Part shown: piece by piece, positions 18,269-26,674 of the stretch
Layout: every line of letters starts with the position of its first letter
Position numbering within the stretch: the first letter of the stretch is position 1
Source of the DNA: Poseidonia sp.
Lineage (GTDB): Archaea; Thermoplasmatota; Poseidoniia; Poseidoniales; Poseidoniaceae
Direction of reading: 5' to 3'
DNA: 64,000 nucleotides
Assembly: GCA_965661285.1 (NCBI GenBank)
Contig: CBFIDD010000003.1
Span: 8,215-72,214, forward strand
The notes under the pieces: model-generated
Databases searched by the model: none
The model's input: the letters and a program-made list of their open reading frames with translations, nothing else
What the model was told of the DNA's origin: nothing
Translations under genes and position numbers: made by a program

Positions 18269-19045
18269 TCAGGCGTATTTGCCGAAACCGTACGAACCGC
18301 CTTCTCCAGCCGGCTCGCCGACAAAGGGGTTCGTCCTTTTTTCATGCCCGATGGTGGTCAACGGACCGTGCCCCGGATGGACGACGGTCGTCTCCTCCAG
18401 AGGCCACAGTTGGGTGTGAATCGAGCGAGCCAAGAGATCAAAGTCACCACCGGAATTGGCAATATCGGTGCGCCCCACGGAGCCTGCAAACAAGGTATCA
18501 CCGACAAACACATGATCGGGACCGCCGTTGACCGGGAGCAACAAACAGCAGCCGCCGAGCGTGTGGCCGGGCGTGTGCAGCACACGGAGTTCAATGCTCC
18601 CAAATTGATACGCCTCACCTGCCGTGAGGGCTTGGTCAGCGACAGCAGGCTCGGGCAATTGAAGCCCGTAGCGTCGGCCCGAGGCTTGAGCCAATGTTTG
18701 CAAAAAGGTGTCATCGGGATGTAGAAACCATTCCACGTTGAAATGTTCTCGAAGAACGGGAATGAAGCCGCTGTGGTCAAAATGTGCGTGGGTGTTGACA
18801 AGCGCCACGACCTTTCTTGCGGGCAGTTGGAGTTCTTCAGCCATGGTACGTGATTCCGGACCCGTTGTCCAGTTTGGCCCGGGGCCTTCGTAGCCCTCGA
18901 TCCAATCGATGATGCGTTGCGGTTCATCACCGCCATCGATGATGATGGTATCTCCGTTACTCCGGTCCGTGACCACGGAGCACCTCATCTGGAGCGGTCC
19001 GACGAAAAAATGCTCAATCCATGGTTCCGTCAAGGCCATGGTCAT
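18269..19045 (-). CDS. MBL-fold metallo-hydrolase (glyoxalase II-like)
   Basis: Carries the THAHFDHSG metal-binding motif and later HTPGHTLGG and HPGHGP. Start trimmed to the ATG at 19045 to avoid overlap with the upstream gene's stop at 19062. Confidence 0.65.
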   Translation of the reverse strand: MTMALTEPWIEHFFVGPLQMRCSVVTDRSNGDTIIIDGGDEPQRIIDWIEGYEGPGPNWTTGPESRTMAEELQLPARKVVALVNTHAHFDHSGFIPVLREHFNVEWFLHPDDTFLQTLAQASGRRYGLQLPEPAVADQALTAGEAYQFGSIELRVLHTPGHTLGGCCLLLPVNGGPDHVFVGDTLFAGSVGRTDIANSGGDFDLLARSIHTQLWPLEETTVVHPGHGPLTTIGHEKRTNPFVGEPAGEGGSYGFGKYA

Positions 19046-19061
19046 CGCAAGAAGGACTCCT

Positions 19062-20702
19062 TCATGAGGTTGAGCCATCCAGCACATGAACGACCAGTGC
19101 ATCCGTCGTCCATGAGCCCTCACGGTCCACCACCCGCAATTCAAACACATGGCGACCGACAGGGAGACGGAGCTTGAGTTGAGCCGTGGTCGAGAGTTCT
19201 TGCCCACGCTCATCGTACCACGACCATTGAACAATTTGGTCATGGGGGTCGTAGGAACCCCGTCCATCGAGCAGGACAACGCACGTACCGTCGCTGTCAG
19301 CCTCGTGCCGTTGATCATCGCCTGCTATGGCTCGAGGAGGATGGATTTCATCAACTGCAGAAGAGAGCGCATCAAGGAGGATGCCGGTTTCCTCAACCCC
19401 CAAGGCTTCGGTGGTGTTGAGGGCCTCGAACAACGCTTCCTCGCTGAGAGGGTCGTCGCGGTGAGGCGAACCATGCTCACCCTCCTCCATGGCCGCCAGC
19501 AACGTGCCGGCTGATTGAGATAGAGTCGAAGCGGTCTCGTAGGATGCTCGCTCCTCATCTGTGAGATGCATCAACACATCATCGTCTGAATCCCCATAGA
19601 GTTCTTCGGCCGTCAGGGATGTGGCTGAGGAACCCTCTTGAAACCAACCCGGTAACTCAGCAGCGTCCGTCTCCCAGGGTGCCTTGTTGAGGTCGATGCA
19701 GCCAATGGGTTCGGGTTCGGTGTAGTCGTTTTGATCGTCGCCTGCGAACAGGATGACCTGGCGTTCGGGGTGGACACACATCATCTGCGGCATTCCCCGG
19801 TGTTCCACCTTCCAGACATCCCCATCGGTGACCCCTTGAATGTAAAACCAGGAACTCGCGACCACGCTGGCTTGGTGTTCAAAGCACCGAAATACGGGAT
19901 GACCGGTGGCGAGTAACTCGTCAAGTCGACCGTCTTCGTACAGCAAATCGACCGTCCCGTCATCAAACCCCAGGACGGCCCCGAGGGTGGCTTCCGATGA
20001 TGTGAGTAAACGCTTACGTAAGTCCCTGCGTTGCACCAAATTGGGCCCATCCCACAATTCAAATTCAATCGCTTCCTCTTCACCGGCCACCATAGCATGA
20101 CCTTCTCTGGTCAAGAAAAAGGAGCCTTCTCTCGTTACACCCATCCCCGTGATACGCTCGCCGTGTTGACCTCGCTGTGGTCGATGCCATTGCACTCCGG
20201 ACTCGTCGAGAGCAACAACCGAGCCGTCCTGTTGTGCAACATAGATGCGATGATTTGAGACCACCAATTGGAGGACATCCCCCAAACCAAAGCGCTTGGT
20301 AAGGTTCTGTTCAGGCCGTTCAAATTGGATGAGATGGACCGTCCCCATGCCGCTGATCACGGCGAGTTTCAACCCCATTGGACTACAAGATTGGACGCCA
20401 CCGTCCACCTCTTGGGTTTCGAGGTGCGCACCCTCAGCGTCATAAAATGAAAGACTCCCAATGTCATCACCAACGACCAAGTGGTTTCGGTGAAACTGAA
20501 GAAAACTCACGTCGTAGGCGGCGGAAAACGTGGCCACGATGCGAAGTCCAGTGTCCTCAAACCGTCCGATAGTGACCGTTTTGTTCACTTCTGCCCAGGC
20601 CACCAAGTCCTCCTCCGGATGGAGGGAAAGGTGCTTGACTTTGGCTTCGGGATTCACCAGAGCGTGGACGTGCCGCGTCAAGACCATGGGTTGTGGTGGC
20701 AC
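19062..20702 (-). CDS. Beta-propeller (WD40/PQQ-like) protein with an acidic linker and a C-terminal PKD domain
   Basis: Repeated propeller-blade segments are visible. The C-terminal segment CVVLLDGRGSYDPHDQIVQWSWYDERGQ...HVFELRVVDREGSWTTD is PKD-like. Confidence 0.4.
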   Translation of the reverse strand: MPPQPMVLTRHVHALVNPEAKVKHLSLHPEEDLVAWAEVNKTVTIGRFEDTGLRIVATFSAAYDVSFLQFHRNHLVVGDDIGSLSFYDAEGAHLETQEVDGGVQSCSPMGLKLAVISGMGTVHLIQFERPEQNLTKRFGLGDVLQLVVSNHRIYVAQQDGSVVALDESGVQWHRPQRGQHGERITGMGVTREGSFFLTREGHAMVAGEEEAIEFELWDGPNLVQRRDLRKRLLTSSEATLGAVLGFDDGTVDLLYEDGRLDELLATGHPVFRCFEHQASVVASSWFYIQGVTDGDVWKVEHRGMPQMMCVHPERQVILFAGDDQNDYTEPEPIGCIDLNKAPWETDAAELPGWFQEGSSATSLTAEELYGDSDDDVLMHLTDEERASYETASTLSQSAGTLLAAMEEGEHGSPHRDDPLSEEALFEALNTTEALGVEETGILLDALSSAVDEIHPPRAIAGDDQRHEADSDGTCVVLLDGRGSYDPHDQIVQWSWYDERGQELSTTAQLKLRLPVGRHVFELRVVDREGSWTTDALVVHVLDGSTS

Positions 20703-20741
20703 GAGGTATAGAAAAGCACTCGCTTGAACTGCTCGCGGACT

Positions 20742-22283
20742 TCAAGCATCGTCATCGTTGTGAAGGTCGATAACAGCATCGTCAAGATGGGCACCCTGTT
20801 TTGCCCCATCGTTTCGAGCGTCCTCGAGTTTCTGAAGGTAAGCTTGTCCGATATCACCGGTGATGTATTCGCCGTTAAAGCAACTGGAATCGAATTGGTT
20901 GACGACCGAAGAGGGTTGCTGGGTGACCTCAATTAAATCCTCAAGGGTTTGGTAGAACAAGCGGTCGCTCCCAATCGTGGCGTTGATCTCCTCAATGCTT
21001 CGTCCATTGGCAATGAATTCCTTGACGGCCGGCATGTCAATGCCGTAAACGTTGGGGTGGCGGACTGGAGGGGCAGCCGATGCAAAGTAGACTTTCGCCG
21101 CACCCACATCACGGGCCATTTCGATGATCTGGGCGCTGGTCGTTCCACGGACGATGGAATCGTCCACCAACAAGACATTTTTTCCGCGGAACTCATGCTC
21201 GATGGCGTTGAGTTTTCGACGAACAGATTTCTCCCTCAAGGCTTGTCCAGGCATGATGAACGTTCGACCAACATACCGGTTTTTCACGAAACCCTCCCTG
21301 TAGGGTAAATTGAGAGCCTTTGCCATTTGCAAGGCAGCAATACGGCCCGAGTCCGGGATGGGAATGACGACATCGATGTCATGGTCGGCCCATGTTTCAA
21401 GAAGGCGTTCTGCCAAGCGTTGGCCTTGATTGAGACGGGACTGATATACCGACATACCGTCGATAACGGAATCGGGGCGGGCAAAGTAAACGTGTTCGAA
21501 AATACACGGAGAATAGCTGGCGGCAGGGGTGCATTGACGGGTGAAGATGTGGCCTGATGAACTGATGAAAATGGCTTCTCCTGGAGCGACATCCCGAATG
21601 ATTTCAAAGCCTAGAGCGGAAATAGCAACGCTCTCACTGGCCACGATATACTCCGTTTGCCCATCGATTTCACGCTGACCGTAGATCAGTGGCCTGATAC
21701 CGTTCGGGTCCCGGAAGGCAAGGACGCCGTATCCTGAAATCACCGAAACGCAAGCGTACCCTCCGCGTACCCGCCCGTTCACGGCCGAGACCGCGCCAAA
21801 GATGGTCTCGATGTTGATATGGGCCTCTCCGTCAATTTGGAGTGCGGTAGAGCGCTCGACCAACTCCACGGCGAGGGCGTTGAGCAGAAGTTCGGAATCG
21901 CTTGTGGTGTTGATGTGGCGCATGCACTCGTTGCGAAGGTACCGTTCAAGCTCCTCCGCGTTGGTTAGGTTCCCGTTGTGTGCCAAGGCGATACCGTAGG
22001 GGGAATTGACGTAAAATGGCTGAGCCTCTGCACTTGAGGAAGAACCGGCTGTTGGATAACGCACGTGGCCGATTCCAACATTTCCCTCGAGGCGGAGCAT
22101 GTGACGCTTGAAGAAAACATCGGAAACCAGGCCGTTGGATTTCCTTAGGCGGAAGTTTCCGTTCATATCGGTCAAAATCCCCGCAGCGTCCTGACCTCGA
22201 TGCTGCAGCACCGTGAGGCCATCATAGAGCAATTGGTTCACGTGGGAGCCAGTTTGGCCAACAATTCCCAAAATGCCGCACAT
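20742..22283 (-). CDS. purF: Amidophosphoribosyltransferase
   Basis: The protein begins MCGILGIVG with the N-terminal nucleophile Cys. It has a class II glutamine amidotransferase domain and a PRTase domain ([14 protein letters not shown]). Confidence 0.9.
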   Translation of the reverse strand: MCGILGIVGQTGSHVNQLLYDGLTVLQHRGQDAAGILTDMNGNFRLRKSNGLVSDVFFKRHMLRLEGNVGIGHVRYPTAGSSSSAEAQPFYVNSPYGIALAHNGNLTNAEELERYLRNECMRHINTTSDSELLLNALAVELVERSTALQIDGEAHINIETIFGAVSAVNGRVRGGYACVSVISGYGVLAFRDPNGIRPLIYGQREIDGQTEYIVASESVAISALGFEIIRDVAPGEAIFISSSGHIFTRQCTPAASYSPCIFEHVYFARPDSVIDGMSVYQSRLNQGQRLAERLLETWADHDIDVVIPIPDSGRIAALQMAKALNLPYREGFVKNRYVGRTFIMPGQALREKSVRRKLNAIEHEFRGKNVLLVDDSIVRGTTSAQIIEMARDVGAAKVYFASAAPPVRHPNVYGIDMPAVKEFIANGRSIEEINATIGSDRLFYQTLEDLIEVTQQPSSVVNQFDSSCFNGEYITGDIGQAYLQKLEDARNDGAKQGAHLDDAVIDLHNDDDA

Positions 22284-22340
22284 GCGTTCGCCTCAATCCA
22301 ACCAAAACGAGGTTGCTTCTTATCGTTGCGATAGGAATGT

Positions 22341-22520
22341 TCAGGCCTTTGGGCGGTGGGTCTTCTTGGACCAGTTGTACTTTCGAATCCTCGAAGTTTC
22401 TCCGTATCCACACGATGCACAGACCTTTTTCTGCTTGTGGTACGCATTGCGACCGCAGCGTCGACATCGAATGTGGGTAGTCTTTTGTCGCTTACCCATG
22501 GACGGTGTACCTTTGGACAT
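22341..22520 (-). CDS. rpl37e: 50S ribosomal protein L37e (eL37), 59 aa. Not in the ORF track because it is under 60 aa.
   Basis: Hand translation of the minus strand gives [59 protein letters not shown]. The C4 zinc ribbon and the GTPSxGKR N-terminus are typical of eL37. Confidence 0.8.
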   Translation of the reverse strand: MSKGTPSMGKRQKTTHIRCRRCGRNAYHKQKKVCASCGYGETSRIRKYNWSKKTHRPKA

Positions 22521-22589
22521 GCGCTCACCCGAACGACTTAGCCACCGACCACCCCCTTATGAAATCAACGGCATGGGCTTTGGGCAGTT

Positions 22590-23057
22590 TCACTCCTCTT
22601 CAAATTGAATTGAACGAGGTGGGGTGTTCATCAAACTCGCAAATAATGCACCCGCGGTCACCATCACCGCAAGGCCAAGACCGAGAACGGTGGTGCCCAA
22701 ACGAATGAGGTTTGAGAGAATTTGCGCTCGAACAGAGCCGTTGTCCTCCATCAATAACTCGCCACGAGACAAGAAAAAGACGGTCAAGGCGACACCAAGA
22801 AGCACACTGAGAACCATGCCAAGGAGAGGGGCAATGGGGCGTTTACGGGCATCGCCGTAAACGAATAAGGTCAACAGCAGAATAAAGGAAACAAACGTGA
22901 ATGAGGTGAGCATGGCATTGGTGAAACGAACAAGGGCCCCTTCGCTCGAGGCAACCGATGCGAACCACACCACCAGGACGACCGATGCAACAGGAAGAAC
23001 AGCGGACACGCCCAGCCGAGTGAGCGACCGGAGCGGGGAGGTGTCACTCATCGTCAT
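22590..23057 (-). CDS. Hypothetical integral membrane protein with about 4 TM helices
   Basis: Hydrophobic helices throughout. No motif recognised. Confidence 0.4.
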   Translation of the reverse strand: MTMSDTSPLRSLTRLGVSAVLPVASVVLVVWFASVASSEGALVRFTNAMLTSFTFVSFILLLTLFVYGDARKRPIAPLLGMVLSVLLGVALTVFFLSRGELLMEDNGSVRAQILSNLIRLGTTVLGLGLAVMVTAGALFASLMNTPPRSIQFEEE

Positions 23058-23910
23058 CCCCCCCTCCGATGTTCTTGGCGATGATGCGGCCGGCTTGATT
23101 CAGTTGGTCTCCACTCGGGGGGTCAAGGCGTTGTGGCGATGGTTGCTGGATTTCGTAGAACGCCAGAACGAGAGCGAACAGAAGAACGGCAACAGCCGCT
23201 CCTACGACCACGCCGAAGATGTCTGCAGCAGCGAGAAGGAGTTCGCTTGAGAACCGCTGGTCGTCGACGTTCGGGCCGTCGTAAAAGGCGCCGAGCAGCA
23301 TGAGAATCGCTGAAAAGATCGCAGCGACGAGCATCAACCGCTGTTCTCGTTGGCGCTCCTCGCCGACCAAGCCTACGATGGTGTAGCTCGCTGAAGCGCA
23401 GGCAAGGACGCCCAGCAGCATGGTGGGCCAAAAAATGTACCAGTACCGGTTGACCTCGCCGGGATAGGTTGGTGTCAAGACCCACCAGTGCATGGCCTCA
23501 AGCCACACCACGCCCAGCACGACCATAGCGACGCCAACGTTTCGGTCGGTTTTGCTCAAGCGGCCTACCGGGACATGGCCAGAAAAGGCGATCTGGTACA
23601 GGCCAACGCCGAGCAGGACGGCCGGTCCAACAAGACTTCCGAGCAAGTGGCCAAAGGCGCTGGAAGGTGAGAAAGGCAACGTCCAAGGCGTGAGCATCAA
23701 CGAAAGCAGACCCAACGCGAGAAGGAAGAGCCCCGCTCGACGCTGCCATTGAACCTTGGAGAAAAATGACGCCATGGCACCCACGACAACGAACAGCCCC
23801 GCGAGCCAGAAGAAAACGAAGGCTTGCGTCGCTTCTTCCATGGCGTGTGCTGGTCGCAGAGATTTATAGAGAATCCCACTCATAGAGGAGCAGCCCTCCG
23901 ATTCCACCAA
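23044..23910 (-). CDS. Hypothetical integral membrane protein with about 8 TM helices
   Basis: Multiple hydrophobic segments. It overlaps the downstream membrane gene by 14 nt, suggesting an operon. Confidence 0.4.
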   Translation of the reverse strand: MVESEGCSSMSGILYKSLRPAHAMEEATQAFVFFWLAGLFVVVGAMASFFSKVQWQRRAGLFLLALGLLSLMLTPWTLPFSPSSAFGHLLGSLVGPAVLLGVGLYQIAFSGHVPVGRLSKTDRNVGVAMVVLGVVWLEAMHWWVLTPTYPGEVNRYWYIFWPTMLLGVLACASASYTIVGLVGEERQREQRLMLVAAIFSAILMLLGAFYDGPNVDDQRFSSELLLAAADIFGVVVGAAVAVLLFALVLAFYEIQQPSPQRLDPPSGDQLNQAGRIIAKNIGGGDDDE

Positions 23911-23926
23911 AACCGATGGCGGAGGG

Positions 23927-23934
23927 CATAAATA
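23927..23934 (+). promoter_or_regulatory. Putative archaeal TATA box (cataaata) upstream of rpl44e
   Basis: An AT-rich octamer about 36-43 nt upstream of the rpl44e ATG in otherwise GC-rich DNA. Confidence 0.25.
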
Positions 23935-23969
23935 CCCCCCCTCTGTGGGCTGAACGCTTAGGTGTTCAC

Positions 23970-24254
23970 ATGGTGAAGCGACCCCGTCAAGTTATGCGAT
24001 ACAGCCCGTCTGCTGGAAAGCACACCCTCCACACCGTGGAGCGTGTCAAGAAGCGACGTGCTTCCGAACTCCGCTGGGGTCAGCGACGCTTCCGCCGTGT
24101 TATGGCTGGATACCGTGGTTTCCCACGTCCCAAGCCCGATGGCCGTGAAAAGCCAACCAAGCGAGTGAACATTCTCTACCGGTGCACAGAAACCGGAAAA
24201 GCCCACTACGCACCTTGCAAGCGTGCAAAGAAATTCGAGCTTGTTGACCGATGA
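23970..24254 (+). CDS. rpl44e: 50S ribosomal protein L44e (eL42), variant lacking the canonical zinc-binding cysteines
   Basis: The protein reads MVKRPRQVMRYSPSAGKHTLHTVERVKK...GQRRFRR...YRCTETGKAHYAPCKRAKKFEL, which matches the eL42 pattern. The usual CxxC pairs are replaced by SPSAG and CTETG. Confidence 0.7.
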   Translation: MVKRPRQVMRYSPSAGKHTLHTVERVKKRRASELRWGQRRFRRVMAGYRGFPRPKPDGREKPTKRVNILYRCTETGKAHYAPCKRAKKFELVDR

Positions 24255-24264
24255 GGCGAATCAC

Positions 24265-24435
24265 ATGACCAACCATTTTCTTAGAGTAAGTTGCCGCGAC
24301 TGCGGAAGCGAATCCATTATCTTTTCACGCGCCACGACATCCATTGCTTGCGGTGTTTGCAGCGCAACCTTGACCAAACCGGCGGGCGGCAAAGCCGACC
24401 TCGTTGGCTGCACTGTTGTGGAAGCCCTGAACTGA
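24265..24435 (+). CDS. rps27e: 30S ribosomal protein S27e
   Basis: FLRVSCRDCGSESIIFSRATTSIACGVCSATL is a C4 zinc finger typical of eS27. Confidence 0.8.
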   Translation: MTNHFLRVSCRDCGSESIIFSRATTSIACGVCSATLTKPAGGKADLVGCTVVEALN

Positions 24436-24450
24436 GGAGGCTGAGCCTCC

Positions 24451-25239
24451 ATGTCAAATCAAGACGGTGCCACCCCCGAGGAAGGGGAATTGGTGGTCGC
24501 CACCATCACCACTGTCAAACAGAACGGCGCCTATGTTCTCCTCGACGAGTACGAGGGCATTGAAGGGTTCATCTTCATTGGTGAAATCGCCTCGGGCTGG
24601 GTCAAGAACATCCGAGGATTCGTCCGAGAAGGCCAGCGCGTGATCTGCAAAGTCATGCGAACCCGTCGAGACGGAACCTCACTGGAACTCTCCCTGAAAT
24701 CAGTCTCCGAAGAGCGACGTCGAGACCGCCTCCAGGAATGGAAAAACGAACAACGCGCCGCACAATTGATCAAAGTTCTCGGCGAGAAAGTCGGATGGGA
24801 TGAGGAACAAATCGCCGAACAATCGATTGAACTCGCCGATGCCTTCGGTGGCCTTTACGCCGCCTTTGAGGAAGCAGCCATGCAGGAAGGTGCACTGCAA
24901 AACGCTGGATTTGAAGGCGACTGGTTGGCTGCATTCATTGAACTCGCCGTGGAAAACATCATTCCGCCCTTCGTCGAAGTACGGGGCATTCTCACGCTCT
25001 CAATCAACGTCACCGACGGCGTCTCCGTGATTCGCTCGGCCCTGCAGGCCGCCGAATCCCTCTCCGATGAAGAGCAAGAAATCGAGGTCAAGTGTTTCTA
25101 CGACGGTGCACCATCCTATCGGCTTGAGTTGCGAGCACCCGATTTCAAAGTCGCTGAAACGATGTGGGAGCAAGCAACAACAGCGGTGATCGACCACATG
25201 ACTGCCGCAGGTGGAGAAGCCACCGCACAACGAGCGTGA
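24451..25239 (+). CDS. eif2a: Translation initiation factor 2 alpha subunit (aIF2-alpha)
   Basis: An N-terminal S1 domain (GELVVATITTVKQNGAYVLLDEYEGIEGFIFIGEIA) is followed by a helical domain and a C-terminal alpha/beta domain. Its position after rps27e and before nop10 is the conserved archaeal arrangement. Confidence 0.8.
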   Translation: MSNQDGATPEEGELVVATITTVKQNGAYVLLDEYEGIEGFIFIGEIASGWVKNIRGFVREGQRVICKVMRTRRDGTSLELSLKSVSEERRRDRLQEWKNEQRAAQLIKVLGEKVGWDEEQIAEQSIELADAFGGLYAAFEEAAMQEGALQNAGFEGDWLAAFIELAVENIIPPFVEVRGILTLSINVTDGVSVIRSALQAAESLSDEEQEIEVKCFYDGAPSYRLELRAPDFKVAETMWEQATTAVIDHMTAAGGEATAQRA

Positions 25240-25243
25240 GCCC

Positions 25244-25483
25244 ATGGCCAAGCAACGCATGCAACAATGCCTCTCGTGTGGGGCCTTCTCACTCAACACG
25301 ACCTGCCCGCTCTGTGGAGAGCGAGCTCAGGCCGCAGCGCCGTTGAAGTGGTCACCTGAAGACCATCGGGCTGCACTCCGTCGAAAGATGAACGGTGTGG
25401 AGGACGCCGCATGGCCTGCTCAACTCGCCACGTTGCCAAGCCTTGAGGAGATGAAGGCTCAATCCCCCGGTGAAGAAGAGTGA
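25244..25483 (+). CDS. nop10: H/ACA ribonucleoprotein component Nop10, with a ~25-aa C-terminal extension
   Basis: The zinc ribbon is CLSCGAFSLNTTCPLCG and the conserved PLKWSPEDH (PxxFSPxDK) motif is present. Start trimmed to the ATG at 25244, 4 nt after the eif2a stop. Confidence 0.65.
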   Translation: MAKQRMQQCLSCGAFSLNTTCPLCGERAQAAAPLKWSPEDHRAALRRKMNGVEDAAWPAQLATLPSLEEMKAQSPGEEE

Positions 25484-25541
25484 AACGCCCGACCGGAGAT
25501 GCACCTCAAATCAAGTGCAACCTGAGTCCGAGCATCTCAAA

Positions 25542-25549
25542 CATTATAC
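25542..25549 (+). promoter_or_regulatory. Putative TATA box (cattatac) centred about 29 nt upstream of the PAC2-family gene
   Basis: An AT-rich octamer at the spacing expected for a leaderless archaeal transcript. Confidence 0.25.
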
Positions 25550-25574
25550 TGCGTGTTGCGTGGATTGTTAGTTC

Positions 25575-26330
25575 ATGACCATGCGAATCGAGTGGCGAGG
25601 AAGTGCCACAGAACTTCCGCAGGGCTCAACGGCACTCGTGGCTTTTCCCGGCGTGGGCAACATTGGCAAGACCGCGGTTGATTCTGTTTGTGAACTCCAT
25701 GAATCCGTTGAACTGTTGCGCCTTCACCCTGTTGGCCTCCCGCCACATGCACAACTGGACGATGACGGATTGCTCGCCCCGCCTCACCTGAGCATTCACC
25801 ACATTCACACGCCAACGGGGAAATCGCTGATCACCCTGACCGGAAAGACGCAGCCGACCGAACCCAGCCAGCAGTCCATACTGGCAGCGGAATTGATGGC
25901 GTTTTTCCAAGAACAAGGGATTTCAACCGTTCTCGTGCTCGCTGGAATGTTTGATAAACCCGAGAACAAGGAGACCTTCGCCGTGGCAAGTTCAACCTCC
26001 TTCCGCATCGACATGGAATCCATGGGCGTTGATGTTCGCCGAGATAAACCAAAATCCGGAGCCATTGGCATGCCAGCCCTGCTGGCCTCTACGGGCCCGC
26101 TGTACGGCATCAACTCAGCGTGCATCATCGCCACCAGCGTGGGCTCAAGTGCCGACATCATGGGTTCACAACGCATGCTTGAACACCTTGAGCGGTGGTT
26201 TGAATTTGGATTGACCGTTCCAACCGATGGTGGAGAATGGTTGCGAGAAAAACTCGAAGCCATTGCACCAGCCGTGAAAGAGGACCTTGTGAAGGAAATG
26301 ACCGCATCCCATGATGCGTTCTATATGTGA
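25575..26330 (+). CDS. PAC2 (proteasome assembly chaperone 2)-family protein
   Basis: The N-terminus STALVAFPGVGNIGK resembles the PAC2 GFPGxGxVG motif. Size is about 250 aa. Confidence 0.45.
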   Translation: MTMRIEWRGSATELPQGSTALVAFPGVGNIGKTAVDSVCELHESVELLRLHPVGLPPHAQLDDDGLLAPPHLSIHHIHTPTGKSLITLTGKTQPTEPSQQSILAAELMAFFQEQGISTVLVLAGMFDKPENKETFAVASSTSFRIDMESMGVDVRRDKPKSGAIGMPALLASTGPLYGINSACIIATSVGSSADIMGSQRMLEHLERWFEFGLTVPTDGGEWLREKLEAIAPAVKEDLVKEMTASHDAFYM

Positions 26331-26335
26331 GAGAG

Positions 26336-26418
26336 CGCCGAGAGAGGGATTTGAACCCCCGCGTCCAAGGGACAGTGGATTTCGAATCCACCGCAATACC
26401 GGGCTATGCGACCTCGGC
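26336..26418 (-). tRNA. tRNA-Ser(CGA), class II with a long variable arm; CCA is not encoded
   Basis: Hand-folded. The acceptor stem is GCCGAGG/TCTCGGC with discriminator G. The anticodon arm is GTGGA-TTCGAAA-TCCAC (anticodon CGA). The variable arm is T-GTCC-CTT-GGAC-GCG. The T-arm is GGGGG-TTCAAAT-CCCTC. Confidence 0.8.
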
Positions 26419-26452
26419 TCTGCCCCCCGGCTCTTGCGCCACCGTCATAAGC

Positions 26453-26674
26453 ATGATGTTTGGTCGGGATGTCATGGAGGTTCACTTCCACGGCAGGGAT
26501 GTCGACACCAAGGTGGAGGTGGAACCAGGCTGTACGGTGCGCCAAGCGCTGGAACAAGCCAACGTCTTACCGTCGATGGTGATCGTGAGCTACGAGGGGA
26601 CGGTCCTTCCCCATTCAACGCCGCTCCAGCAAAGCGTGGAGCTCCTGGTGACCACGATCTCCTCAGGCGGCTGA
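26453..26674 (+). CDS. Small ubiquitin-like beta-grasp protein of the ThiS/MoaD/SAMP family, ending in Gly-Gly
   Basis: The 73-aa ORF reads MMFGRDVMEVHFHGRDV...VIVSYEGTVL...VTTISSGG with a C-terminal diglycine. The upstream part of ORF 26327 overlaps the tRNA and was discarded. Confidence 0.55.
   Translation: MMFGRDVMEVHFHGRDVDTKVEVEPGCTVRQALEQANVLPSMVIVSYEGTVLPHSTPLQQSVELLVTTISSGG

Noticed and set aside
22238-22528. ORF 22238-22528(-) of 96 aa and ORF 22273-22608(+) of 111 aa
   Set aside because: A different frame on the minus strand encodes a textbook L37e. These two have no recognisable features.
26336-26418. tRNA-Ser as an integration site of a mobile element
   Set aside because: There is no integrase, no direct repeat of the tRNA 3' end and no phage or plasmid-like genes nearby. 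The neighbours are housekeeping genes, although the adjacent nuclease pair is unusual.
26327-26452. 5' portion of ORF 26327-26674(+), which starts at GTG and overlaps tRNA-Ser
   Set aside because: It is antisense to a well-folded tRNA. Only the part downstream of the ATG at 26453 gives a coherent MoaD/SAMP-like protein.
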